The notes under the pieces were generated by a model that was given only the letters and a program-made list of their open reading frames with translations, searched no databases and had not been told where the DNA came from. This document shows positions 46,477 to 55,398 of a DNA stretch of 64,000 nt, piece by piece. Both the position numbers and the translations under genes were made by a program. Within the stretch, counting starts at the first letter, position 1; every line of letters starts with the position of its first letter. This stretch comes from Acidimicrobiia bacterium (GTDB lineage Bacteria > Actinomycetota > Acidimicrobiia > IMCC26256 > PALSA-555), in assembly GCA_035948415.1 (NCBI GenBank), contig DASZJD010000039.1, positions 3,626 to 67,625 of the forward strand, given 5' to 3'.

Positions 46477-47669
46477 CGGTTCGCCTGTTCGACACCGCGC
46501 AGCGGCGGGTCGTCGACTTCGCGCCCGGTCGGGTGGTGCGGATGTACGTGTGCGGGATCACGCCGTACGACTCGACGCACCTCGGCCACGCGGCGACGTA
46601 CCTGGCCTACGACCTCCTCGCCCGGCGGCTCGAGGAGCTGGGCCACGAGGTGCGGATGGTGCGGAACGTGACCGACGTCGACGATTCGATCCTCCCGAAG
46701 GCCCGGGAGCTCGGCGTCCCGTACCTGGACCTGGCCGAGGCCGAGCTGGACCGCTTCCGTTCCGACATGGACGCCCTCGGCATGAGGCCGCCGGTGGCCG
46801 AGCCCCGGGCGACGGAGTGGATCCCCGGGATGATCACGATGATCGCCGACCTCCTCGACGCCGGGCACGCCTACTGCACCCACGGCACGACGTACTTCGA
46901 CGTGTCCACCTTCCCGCGCTTCGGTGCGCTGTCCCAGTACTCGCGCGAGCACATGGTGCGGCTCGCCCGGGCGAGGGGCGGGCGCCCCGAGGACCCGCAC
47001 CGGCGCGACGCGCTCGACTTCGTGCTCTGGCAGCCCTCGCTGTCCGACGAGCCGGCGTGGCGGGCGCCGTTCGGCGTCGGACGACCGGGCTGGCACATCG
47101 AGTGCTCGGTCATGGCGATGGAGACCGTCGGCACCCCCTTGGACCTGCACGGCGGGGGCACGGACCTGATCTTCCCGCACCACGAGTGTGAGATCGCCCA
47201 GAGCGAGAGCGTGGCGGACGGGCCGTTCTCTCGTCACTGGATGCACTCGGCGATGGTCAGCTACGAGGGCGAGAAGATGAGCAAGTCGCTCGGCAACCTC
47301 GTGTTCGTGAGCGACCTGCTGAAGACCGCCGACGCCCGCGCCATCCGGTTGGCGCTGATGCGACACCACTACCGGGCCGGCTTCGAGTGGTACGACACCG
47401 ACCTCGACGATGGCGTCGCCCTGCTCCACCGGCTGCTCGTGGCGGCGGGCCGAGACGCCGGACCGGACCCGGAGCCGTTCGCGCGTCGGGTCCGAGCCGC
47501 GCTCGACGAGGACCTCGACGCTCCCCGCGCCGTGGAGGCGCTCGACGATCTGGCCAGCGCGGTCCTCTCCGAGGGCGACGACCCGCGCGCGCCGGCGGTG
47601 CTGCGCGAGCTCGGGGCGCTCGTCGGCGTCAGCCTCGACCGACCGGTCGAGAACTTGCCCGGCCGCTGA
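46473..47669 (+). CDS. mshC: cysteine:1D-myo-inosityl 2-amino-2-deoxy-alpha-D-glucopyranoside ligase (mycothiol ligase)
   Basis: CysRS-like catalytic core (MYVCGITPYDSTHLGHAATY, GRPGWHIECS, KMSKSLGN). At 398 aa it is too short for a CysRS anticodon-binding domain. The C-terminal LDEDLDAPRAVEALD...LVGVSL is as in MshC. Confidence 0.8.
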   Translation: MTVRLFDTAQRRVVDFAPGRVVRMYVCGITPYDSTHLGHAATYLAYDLLARRLEELGHEVRMVRNVTDVDDSILPKARELGVPYLDLAEAELDRFRSDMDALGMRPPVAEPRATEWIPGMITMIADLLDAGHAYCTHGTTYFDVSTFPRFGALSQYSREHMVRLARARGGRPEDPHRRDALDFVLWQPSLSDEPAWRAPFGVGRPGWHIECSVMAMETVGTPLDLHGGGTDLIFPHHECEIAQSESVADGPFSRHWMHSAMVSYEGEKMSKSLGNLVFVSDLLKTADARAIRLALMRHHYRAGFEWYDTDLDDGVALLHRLLVAAGRDAGPDPEPFARRVRAALDEDLDAPRAVEALDDLASAVLSEGDDPRAPAVLRELGALVGVSLDRPVENLPGR

Positions 47670-47670
47670 G

Positions 47671-49674
47671 ATGCCGTCGGGTACCGTCGCCGGGATGGCC
47701 GGCGACGTCACGATCGTGCTGCCCGACGGGTCGAGCCGCGCCTATCCGAAGGGCACGACGCCCGCCGACGTCGCGGCGTCGATCGGCAAGCGGCTCGCCC
47801 GCGACGCGCTGGCGGGGATCGTCGACGGGGAGTGGGTGGACCTGGACCGCCCGCTCGACCACGACGCCCGGCTCACGATCATCACGCCCGACAGCCCGGC
47901 GGGCCGGGAGGTGCTCCGCCACTCGACGGCTCACGTGCTGGCGCAGGCAGTGACCGACCTGTTCCCCGGGGCGAAGTACGCGATCGGGCCCGCGGTCGCG
48001 GACGGCTTCTACTACGACTTCCAGCTCCCGGACGACGGCCGGTTCACGGACCAGGACCTCGAGCGGATCGAGGCCCGCATGCGCGAGATCGTCGCCGAGG
48101 ACCAGCCCTTCGTGCGGGACGAGGTGGCGCGCGACGACGGGTTGGCGCTGTTCGCGGACCAGCCGTTCAAGCGGGACATCATCGAGCGGGTCGAGGACTC
48201 CGAGGTCGGGGGCGGCACGGTGATCTCGCTGTACCGGAACCCGCGGCCCGGGGGGGACGCGTTCGTGGACCTCTGCCGCGGGCCGCACGTCCCGAGCACC
48301 GGTCGCCTCGGCGCCTTCCACCTCATGCGGGTCGCCGGCGCCTACTGGCGGGGCGACGAGCGGGGACCGGTCCTGCAGCGGATCTACGGCACGGCCTGGG
48401 AGAGCCCGGCCGCGCTGGCCGAGCACCTCCACCGGCTCGAGGAGGCCGAGCGGCGCGACCACCGTCGGCTCGGGCTCGAGCTCGACCTCTTCTCGTTCCC
48501 CGAGGAGATCGGGTCCGGTCTCGCGGTCTTCCACCCGAAGGGCGCGCTCGTCCGCACGATCATGGAGGACTACTCGCGGCGCCGCCACGAAGCCGCCGGG
48601 TACTCGTTCGTCCACTCGCCGCACATCTCGAAGGCGGAGCTGTTCGAGACGTCCGGTCACGTCCAGTGGTTCGGCGAGAGCATGTTCCCGCCCATGCACC
48701 TCGACGAGGGGCCGGGGGAGGGCACGGCCTACTACGTCAAGCCGATGAACTGCCCGTTCCACATCCTCATCTACCGGAGTCGCAGCCGCTCGTACCGCGA
48801 GCTGCCGATGCGCCTCTTCGAGTTCGGCACCGTCTACCGGTACGAGCGGTCGGGCGTCGTGCACGGTCTCACGCGCGTTCGGGGCATGACCCAGGACGAC
48901 GCCCACATCTTCACCACCCGGGAGCAGCTGGCGGACGAGCTCCGCTCGCTGCTGGTGTTCGTCCTGGAGGTGCTCCGCGACTTCGGCCTCGACGACTTCT
49001 ACCTCGAGCTCTCCACGAAGCCGGGCGAGAAGGCGGTCGGCAGCGACCGCGACTGGGACGAGGCGACGGCGGCGCTACGGGCGGCGGCCGAGGCCATGGA
49101 CCTCGACCTCACCCTCGACGAGGGCGGCGGGGCGTTCTACGGCCCGAAGATCTCCGTGCAGGCCCAGGACGCCATCGGGCGGACGTGGCAGCTCTCGACG
49201 ATCCAGCTCGACTTCCAGCTGCCGGCCCTCTTCGACCTCCACTACGTCGGATCCGACAACGAGCGGCACCGGCCGGTGATGATCCACCGGGCCCTCTTCG
49301 GGGCGATCGAGCGCTTCTTCGCCATCCTCCTCGAGCACTACGCCGGGAACTTCCCGGTCTGGCTGGCACCGGTGCAGGTGACGGTCGCCCCGGTGGCGGA
49401 CCGTCACCACGCCTACGCGTACCGGCTCGCGGACCGGCTGCGGGCCGAGGGGTACCGGATCGAGCTCGTCGACGCCCACGACGACACCCTGAACGCCCGG
49501 GTCCGGCGGGCGAAGCTCGAGAAGGTGCCGTACGTGCTGGTCGTGGGCGACGAGGACGCTGAGGCGGGCACGGTCGGCGTCAACGCCCGCGGCGCCGACG
49601 GTCCACCCGAGCGGCTCGTGCCCGTGGAGGCCTTCGTGCAGCGCCTGGCCGCCGAGGTCGCGGAGCGGCGATGA
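47671..49674 (+). CDS. thrS: threonyl-tRNA synthetase
   Basis: TGS domain (VTIVLPDGS), editing-site HSTAHVLAQA and class II core (FHPKG, YRYERSGV, GAFYGPK). ATG 47671 or ATG 47695. Confidence 0.9.
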   Translation: MPSGTVAGMAGDVTIVLPDGSSRAYPKGTTPADVAASIGKRLARDALAGIVDGEWVDLDRPLDHDARLTIITPDSPAGREVLRHSTAHVLAQAVTDLFPGAKYAIGPAVADGFYYDFQLPDDGRFTDQDLERIEARMREIVAEDQPFVRDEVARDDGLALFADQPFKRDIIERVEDSEVGGGTVISLYRNPRPGGDAFVDLCRGPHVPSTGRLGAFHLMRVAGAYWRGDERGPVLQRIYGTAWESPAALAEHLHRLEEAERRDHRRLGLELDLFSFPEEIGSGLAVFHPKGALVRTIMEDYSRRRHEAAGYSFVHSPHISKAELFETSGHVQWFGESMFPPMHLDEGPGEGTAYYVKPMNCPFHILIYRSRSRSYRELPMRLFEFGTVYRYERSGVVHGLTRVRGMTQDDAHIFTTREQLADELRSLLVFVLEVLRDFGLDDFYLELSTKPGEKAVGSDRDWDEATAALRAAAEAMDLDLTLDEGGGAFYGPKISVQAQDAIGRTWQLSTIQLDFQLPALFDLHYVGSDNERHRPVMIHRALFGAIERFFAILLEHYAGNFPVWLAPVQVTVAPVADRHHAYAYRLADRLRAEGYRIELVDAHDDTLNARVRRAKLEKVPYVLVVGDEDAEAGTVGVNARGADGPPERLVPVEAFVQRLAAEVAERR

Positions 49675-50165
49675 GCCTGGACCGCCTGTGGGCGGGGTGG
49701 CGGGCGTCGTACATCGAGGACTTCGCAACCGTCGACCACGGCGACCAGGCCTGCCTGTTCTGCGCGCTGGAGGCGTCCGGGGACGACGGTCAGATCCTGG
49801 CCCGCGACCCGCTCGCCTTCGCCGTCCTCAACCTGTACCCCTACACGTCGGGGCATCTCATGGTGGCGCCCGTCCGCCACGTGGGCGAGCTCGAGGCGCT
49901 CACGACGGAGGAGGCGAGCGCGGTGATGGCGATGGCCCAGCACGCCACCGCGGCGGTGAAGGCGGCCTACCGACCGGACGGCGTGAACCTCGGCATGAAC
50001 CTGGGCCGGGCCGCGGGTGCGGGCGTCCCCGGCCACCTGCACGTCCACGTGTTGCCCCGCTGGGTCGGCGACACGAACTTCATGACCAGCGTCGCCGAGG
50101 CCCGGGTGCTGCCCGAGCCGCTGAGCCGGAGCCTCGAGCGGCTGCGGGCGGCCTGGCCGACCTAG
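49671..50165 (+). CDS. HIT-family protein (Ap4A phosphorylase/GalT-like branch)
   Basis: ATGA overlap with thrS. Histidine triad HLHVHVLPRW. Confidence 0.85.
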   Translation: MSLDRLWAGWRASYIEDFATVDHGDQACLFCALEASGDDGQILARDPLAFAVLNLYPYTSGHLMVAPVRHVGELEALTTEEASAVMAMAQHATAAVKAAYRPDGVNLGMNLGRAAGAGVPGHLHVHVLPRWVGDTNFMTSVAEARVLPEPLSRSLERLRAAWPT

Positions 50166-50175
50166 CGTCGGGGGA

Positions 50176-50643
50176 GTGGGGCACCAGGACCGGGACGAGC
50201 TGCCCGCCGACCTCGACGTGACGGCGTACGTCGGCCCGTACCTCTTCCCCAGCCCCCGCCGCCGCCTGGTCGCGGCGGCGTGGCAGATCCCCGTCGGCCT
50301 GGCCGGCCTCGCCGGCTACGTCGTGAGCGGCAACGACGGGCTGCTCGCGGGGGCGCTCGCGCTCTTCGCCGTGGCCGCCTACCACGCCCTCACGGCCTGG
50401 CCCCTCGTCGTGGACCAGACCGAGGCCCTCCTCGTCGCCACCCGCGCCGTGGGCTTCCCCGTCGGGCACGCCTCGGCCCAGCTGACCTGGCGGGGCCTGC
50501 GCTCCCGCCCGACCTGGCGCATCCTCCTCTACAGCGCCGATTCGCCCCCGTCGAGCCGCGGCCTCGTCGAGCTCGACGCCGTCGATGCCCACGTGCTCGG
50601 CGAGTACACCGAGGCCAACCCAGAGGACTGGTCCGGTTACTGA
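50176..50643 (+). CDS. hypothetical membrane protein
   Basis: 155-aa ORF with two hydrophobic helices and gene-like codon bias. No recognised motif. Start uncertain (GTG 50176 or GTG 50218). Confidence 0.55.
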   Translation: MGHQDRDELPADLDVTAYVGPYLFPSPRRRLVAAAWQIPVGLAGLAGYVVSGNDGLLAGALALFAVAAYHALTAWPLVVDQTEALLVATRAVGFPVGHASAQLTWRGLRSRPTWRILLYSADSPPSSRGLVELDAVDAHVLGEYTEANPEDWSGY

Positions 50644-50699
50644 GGTCGCGTTTCCCCAGGTCCGAGGCAGGATCCACCGGTAGCCCCGGGCTTACGGCG

Positions 50700-50714
50700 T
50701 ACAATCCATCCGTG
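50700..50714 (+). promoter_or_regulatory. -10 box TACAAT placed for a leaderless integrase transcript
   Basis: TACAAT at 50700-50705, then 6 nt (ccatcc), then GTG 50712. No Shine-Dalgarno sequence. The region is locally AT-richer. Confidence 0.4.
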
Positions 50715-51590
50715 GGCGGTGACGACGAGGCGCTCCTGGCCTCGTGGGACCTGGCGCTCCACGACAAGGCCAGCAGCACCCGGCGCCTGTATCGCGAGGT
50801 CCTGACCGGCTTCGCCCGGTGGCTCCCGGACGGTGCGAGCCTGGTCGGCGCCGAGCGCCGGGACTGCCAGCGGTACTTCGCAGCCCTGGGTGAGGAGGGC
50901 CGGGCCCAGGCGACCATCCGATCCCGCTGGATCGCCCTGCGGAGCTTCTACGGGTGGGCGGCCGACGAGGGCGAGGTCGCCGAGAACCCGATGGGCGACA
51001 TCACGGTGAAGCGGGCGGAGCCGCCACCGGTCGCGATCCCCGACGACCATGACGTGGCGCTGCTCCTCCAGGCGTGCGGCGGCCGAGACTTCGCGGCGCG
51101 GCGCGACCTGGCGCTGATCCGCACCGCGGCGGCGACGGGCGGACGCCTCGGCGAGCTCTGCGGCGTCGGGGTCGCTGACGTCGATCTCAAGAGCCGGATC
51201 CTGTCCCTCCGGCGCGGGAAGGCCCGGAAGGGTCGAGGCGCGGGCATAGACCCCGAGACGGCCCGCGCCATCGACCGCTACCTGAGAGTGCGGGCCGACC
51301 ACCGGCTCGCCGACCTGCCGGCCCTGTTCATCACGCGCTTCGGGCCGCTCACCCGCAAGGGCGCGCACGCGATGCTGCGGCGCCGCTGCGCCGAGGCCGA
51401 CATCCCGGCGCTGCACTTCAACCAGCTGCGCGATCGATTCGCGTACGAGTACCTCCGACGGGGCGGGACCGAGCGCAATCTGGCCGCGCTCGGCGGATGG
51501 ACCGACGCGTCGATCACGCGCCGCTACGGCAGCGCGCTCGCGAGCGACCGGGCGCTGAGCGAGTACGACACCCTCGGCGGCGTGCTCTGA
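50712..51590 (+). CDS. tyrosine recombinase/integrase (XerC/D-like fold, divergent active site)
   Basis: GTG 50712 inside track ORF 50280..51590. SAM-like N-domain (TRRLYREVLTGFARWL...IRSRWIALRSFYGWA). Catalytic-domain blocks ATGGRLGEL (Arg), RGKARKGRG (Lys), QLRDRFA (Arg) and LGGWTDASITRRYG (Trp, Tyr). Confidence 0.8.
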   Translation: MGGDDEALLASWDLALHDKASSTRRLYREVLTGFARWLPDGASLVGAERRDCQRYFAALGEEGRAQATIRSRWIALRSFYGWAADEGEVAENPMGDITVKRAEPPPVAIPDDHDVALLLQACGGRDFAARRDLALIRTAAATGGRLGELCGVGVADVDLKSRILSLRRGKARKGRGAGIDPETARAIDRYLRVRADHRLADLPALFITRFGPLTRKGAHAMLRRRCAEADIPALHFNQLRDRFAYEYLRRGGTERNLAALGGWTDASITRRYGSALASDRALSEYDTLGGVL

Positions 51591-51668
51591 CCCTCGGCGA
51601 GGCGCCGCGGGGCGGGGCCGCGGCGGGACACGCGGGCCACCCCGGCCGGCGCGCGGCGCCGAGGCTCG

Positions 51669-53675
51669 CTACGACGCCACGGCGACCTTGGCGGCCAGCT
51701 GCGACGGCACGGGGTCGTAGTGGGAGTGGCGCATCGTGAAGCGGCCGCGTCCGGCCGTGACCGACCGCAGGTCGATCGCGTAGCGCAGCACCTCCGAGGT
51801 CGGGACGAGGGCGACGATCTCCACCTCTCCGTTCCCGATGCTGCCGGACCCCTGGATGCGCCCGCGCTTCGAGTTGAGGTCGCCCATGATGTCGCCCTGG
51901 GCGTCCTCGGGGGCCGTCACGACCAGCTCGCTGATCGGCTCCAGGAGGATCGGGCTGGCCTTGGCCATCGCCTCCTTGAAGCCGAGGGAGCCGGCCATCT
52001 TGAAGCTCATCTCGGACGAGTCGACCGAGTGGTACTTGCCGTCGAAGCAGGTGACGCCGACGTCGACGACCGGGTAGCCGTAGACGCCCCCGGAGTGCAT
52101 CGTCTCGACGACGCCCTTCTCGACCGCGGGGATGAACTGTCGGGGGATGGCACCGCCGACGATGGCGTCGGTGAACTCGAACCCGGAGCCTCGCTCCCGG
52201 GGCTCGACCCGCAGGAACGCCACCCCGAACTGGCCGTGGCCGCCGGTCTGCTTCTTGTACTTCCCCTCGGCCTCGGCGGTGCCCGTGATCGTCTCCCGGT
52301 AGGCGACCTTCACGTCGTCGGTCTCGACCGCCACCCCGAACTTGCGTTGGAGGCGCTCGAGGGCGATGCCGAGGTGGGTCTCGCCCATGCCCCACAGGAG
52401 CGTCTGGTGGGTCTCGCCGTTGCGCTCCACCCGGATGGCCGGGTCCTCGTCCTGGAGGCGCCGGAGCGCGTTGGCGAGCTTGTCCTCGTCGCCCTTCGAC
52501 TTGGCCCGGATCGCCACGGGCAGCACCGGCTGCGGACGCTCGAGCCGCTCGACGTCCAGCTCGGCGCCGCGGGCGCCGAGCACGTCGCCCGTGGCCGTGT
52601 CGCTGAGCTTGGCGACGGCGGCGAGGTCCCCGGCGACCGCGGCCTTCAACGGCTCCTGGTCCTTGCCCCGCAGCGTGACGAGCTGGTGGAGGCGCTCCTC
52701 GGCGACCGAGCGGTCGTTGACCAGCGTGGCGTCCGATTCGATCGTCCCCTGCAGGACCCGGAACAGGTTCACGCGGCCGACGTACGGGTCGACCACGGTC
52801 TTGAACACGAAGGCGGCGGGTGGCCCCTCGCCGACGGCCGGCGCCGGTCCCTCCTCCACGATGAAGTGCGCGAGCCGGTCGATGCCGATGAGCTTCGTGG
52901 CGCTCCCACACAGCACCGGGAACACGGTGGCTTCGGCGATGCCTTTGGCCAGGGCCGCCTCGAGCTCGGTGACCTGGATCGTTTCGTCGCCGAGGTACCG
53001 CTCCATGAGGTCGTCGTCGGCGACCACGATGCCCTCGACGAGCGCGTCGTGGACGGAGTGCTCCTCGGTGGCCATGTCGTCGGGGACGGGTCCGGCCGTG
53101 CCGCGACCGGTGGCGCCGTTGTAGCGGACCGCCTCGTCGGTCAGCAGGTCGACGACGCCCGAGAACGCCGCCTCCTCGCCGAGCGGGAGCTCGAGGGGCG
53201 CGACCCCGGCTCCGAAGCGCGCCTTCAGCTCGTCGAGGGTGCGGCTGAACGAGGCGCGCTCCCGGTCGAGCTTGTTCACGAAGATGGCCCGGGGCATCCC
53301 GCGGGCTGCGGCCAGCCGCCAGGCCGCGTCGGTCTGGACCTCGACGCCCTCGACCGCCGAGACGACGAACACCGCCAGGTCGGCGACCCGGAGGGCGGCG
53401 GCGACGTCGCTGACGAAGTCGGCGTACCCGGGCGCGTCGAGGACGTTGACCTTGTGGTCCTCCCACTCGAAGGGAGCCACGGCGAGGGAGACCGAGATCG
53501 TCCGCTTGTGCTCCTCGGGGTCGAAGTCGGTGACCGTGGTCCCGTCCTCGACCCGCCCCATCCGGTTGATGGCGCCGGCCAGGAAGAGGAGCGCCTCGGT
53601 CACCGTCGTCTTGCCCGCCCCGCCGTGGCCGACCAGGGCCACGTTGCGGATCATGGACGACGGAACCGGCCTCAT
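51669..53675 (-). CDS. elongation factor G paralog (EF-G2-like)
   Basis: Last 668 aa of track ORF 51669..54392, from ATG (reverse complement of 53673-53675) with AAGGGGGTGG upstream. G1 GHGGAGKTT, G3 DAPGYADF, G4 NKLD, and EF-G domains II-V (KYKKQTGGHGQFG...). Confidence 0.85.
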   Translation of the reverse strand: MRPVPSSMIRNVALVGHGGAGKTTVTEALLFLAGAINRMGRVEDGTTVTDFDPEEHKRTISVSLAVAPFEWEDHKVNVLDAPGYADFVSDVAAALRVADLAVFVVSAVEGVEVQTDAAWRLAAARGMPRAIFVNKLDRERASFSRTLDELKARFGAGVAPLELPLGEEAAFSGVVDLLTDEAVRYNGATGRGTAGPVPDDMATEEHSVHDALVEGIVVADDDLMERYLGDETIQVTELEAALAKGIAEATVFPVLCGSATKLIGIDRLAHFIVEEGPAPAVGEGPPAAFVFKTVVDPYVGRVNLFRVLQGTIESDATLVNDRSVAEERLHQLVTLRGKDQEPLKAAVAGDLAAVAKLSDTATGDVLGARGAELDVERLERPQPVLPVAIRAKSKGDEDKLANALRRLQDEDPAIRVERNGETHQTLLWGMGETHLGIALERLQRKFGVAVETDDVKVAYRETITGTAEAEGKYKKQTGGHGQFGVAFLRVEPRERGSGFEFTDAIVGGAIPRQFIPAVEKGVVETMHSGGVYGYPVVDVGVTCFDGKYHSVDSSEMSFKMAGSLGFKEAMAKASPILLEPISELVVTAPEDAQGDIMGDLNSKRGRIQGSGSIGNGEVEIVALVPTSEVLRYAIDLRSVTAGRGRFTMRHSHYDPVPSQLAAKVAVAS

Positions 53676-53852
53676 CCCTGCCACCCCCTTCAGCTCGTGC
53701 CGTCGGGCGGATCGTATCGGCGGCCCACGCTCGGACGCGCCGGGGAAGGGCGCTGCTGGTACCCTCCGAGGAGTTCGCGCGGGTCGCGCGCCGGCTCGGC
53801 CTCCGCCCCGGCGACCGGCCCCGGCCTCCGAGCCCGGAGGGACCCCGAAGCC

Positions 53853-54551
53853 ATGCTCGACCGACGATGGCGCGCCAAGGCTGAGCGTGCCCTGGAGCCC
53901 GTGGGCCGGGCCCTGCACGTGTTCGGGCTTTCGGCCGACGGGCTCACGATCCTCGGGCTCGTCGCCGCCGCCGGTACCGCCGCGCTCATCGCCAACGGGA
54001 ACCTCGTCCTGGCCGTGTTCGGGCTCGTGCTCACCGGCCTCCCCGACGTGCTCGACGGGTCCGTCGCCCGTCAGAGCGGCACCGCCGGCCGCCGGGGCGC
54101 CTTCTTCGATTCGGTCTGCGACCGCGTCGCCGACGCCCTCCTCCTCGGAGGCGTGGCCTGGCACCTCACCGGAGGCGGCGGCGAGCTGGCGGTCCTGGCG
54201 CTCGCGGTGCTGGCCGTGTCGATGCTCGTCTCCTACGAGCGGGCCAAGGCCGAGGCGCTCGGGCTGAGCGCCCGCGGCGGGGTGATGGAGCGGGCCGAGC
54301 GGCTCGTGCTCCTCGGCGTCGGGCTGGCCTTCAACGTGCTCGTCCCCGTGCTCTGGCTCATGCTCGCCCTCACGAGCCTCACCGCGCTCCACCGCTTCGT
54401 CATGGTGTGGCGCCAGGCGACCTCGGCGCAGTCACCGCACCCCACGCCGAGCTCGGTGAACCCCGACCCGCGGTGGTCGCCCCGCTTCCGCAGCTTCCGT
54501 GCCCGGCGCACGCGCCCGCGCCGTATACGCCGGGTATCGGGTCGCCGCTGA
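53853..54551 (+). CDS. pgsA: CDP-alcohol phosphatidyltransferase (phosphatidylinositol-phosphate synthase-like)
   Basis: ATG 53853 inside track ORF 51720..54551. Motif DVLDGSVAR...GAFFDSVCDRVAD (D-G-x2-A-R...G-x3-D-x3-D). Confidence 0.85.
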   Translation: MLDRRWRAKAERALEPVGRALHVFGLSADGLTILGLVAAAGTAALIANGNLVLAVFGLVLTGLPDVLDGSVARQSGTAGRRGAFFDSVCDRVADALLLGGVAWHLTGGGGELAVLALAVLAVSMLVSYERAKAEALGLSARGGVMERAERLVLLGVGLAFNVLVPVLWLMLALTSLTALHRFVMVWRQATSAQSPHPTPSSVNPDPRWSPRFRSFRARRTRPRRIRRVSGRR

Positions 54552-55398
54552 CGTCGCGCGGGTCGTCCCGCCCGCGCTCGGCGAACTGCTGGCGCGCTCG
54601 ACCGCCTGGGTGTACCAAGCCGCCAACCCGGCCCGGCGGCGGCAGGTCGCCCGGAACCTCGACCGGGTGGCGCCGGCGCCGCTGGACCCGGCGGCGCGAC
54701 GCCGGGCGGTGGCCTCGGTCTTCGACCACTACGGCCGCTACTTCCACGAGCTCTTCCGCCTCTCGGTCTCCGACCCGGCCGCGCTCGTCGCCGGGTTCGC
54801 CTGCGAGGGCAAGGAGCACGTGGCCGCCGCCGCCGCCCTCGGGCGGGGGGTGGTCATGGCCCTCCCGCACCTCGGGAACTGGGACCTGGCCGGGGCGTGG
54901 CTGGTGAGCGAGGGCTACGAGCTCACCGTCGTGGCGGAGCCCGTCGAGCCGCCCGAGCTCTTCGACTGGTTCGTCGCCACCCGGGAGCGCCTCGGCATGC
55001 GGGTGGTCGCGCTCGGCCCCGACTCCGGCGCCGCGCTGCTGCGCGACCTCCACGCCGGCCGCGTCGTGGCCCTCGTCTGCGACCGGGACATCAGCGGCGA
55101 CGGCGTCCCCGTCGACTTCTTCGGGGAGCGGACCCGGCTCCCGGGGGGTCCGGCCGCGCTCGCGCTGCGGACCGGGGCGCCGCTGCTCCCGGTCGGCTGC
55201 TACTTCCGGCCCCGGCGGGGCCACGAGGCCCACATCCTCGAGCCGCTGGCCACGAGGCGCGAGGCGCGCGTGCGCGACGATGTCGCCCGAGTGACCCAGC
55301 AGCTGGCCCACCGGTTCGAGGAGTTGATCCGGGCCGCGCCCGACCAGTGGCTGCTGATGCAGCCGAACTGGCCGTCGGACGCGGTCGACCGGTCATGA
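54499..55398 (+). CDS. patA: HtrB/LpxL-family acyltransferase (PIM acyltransferase PatA-like)
   Basis: HLGNWD (H-x4-D) motif. The position between pgsA and pimA matches the actinobacterial PIM cluster. Overlaps the pgsA tail by 53 nt. Confidence 0.8.
   Translation: MPGARARAVYAGYRVAADVARVVPPALGELLARSTAWVYQAANPARRRQVARNLDRVAPAPLDPAARRRAVASVFDHYGRYFHELFRLSVSDPAALVAGFACEGKEHVAAAAALGRGVVMALPHLGNWDLAGAWLVSEGYELTVVAEPVEPPELFDWFVATRERLGMRVVALGPDSGAALLRDLHAGRVVALVCDRDISGDGVPVDFFGERTRLPGGPAALALRTGAPLLPVGCYFRPRRGHEAHILEPLATRREARVRDDVARVTQQLAHRFEELIRAAPDQWLLMQPNWPSDAVDRS

Noticed and set aside
50166-53852. Integrated prophage or ICE around the recombinase
   Set aside because: There are only three genes and no phage, conjugation or transposase functions. 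There is no adjacent tRNA, and I could find no flanking direct repeats by eye. It is reported only as a small insert or rearrangement.
51720-54551. 943-aa plus-strand ORF
   Set aside because: Only the last 232 aa, from ATG 53853, is the CDP-alcohol phosphatidyltransferase. The upstream part is antisense to the EF-G paralog.
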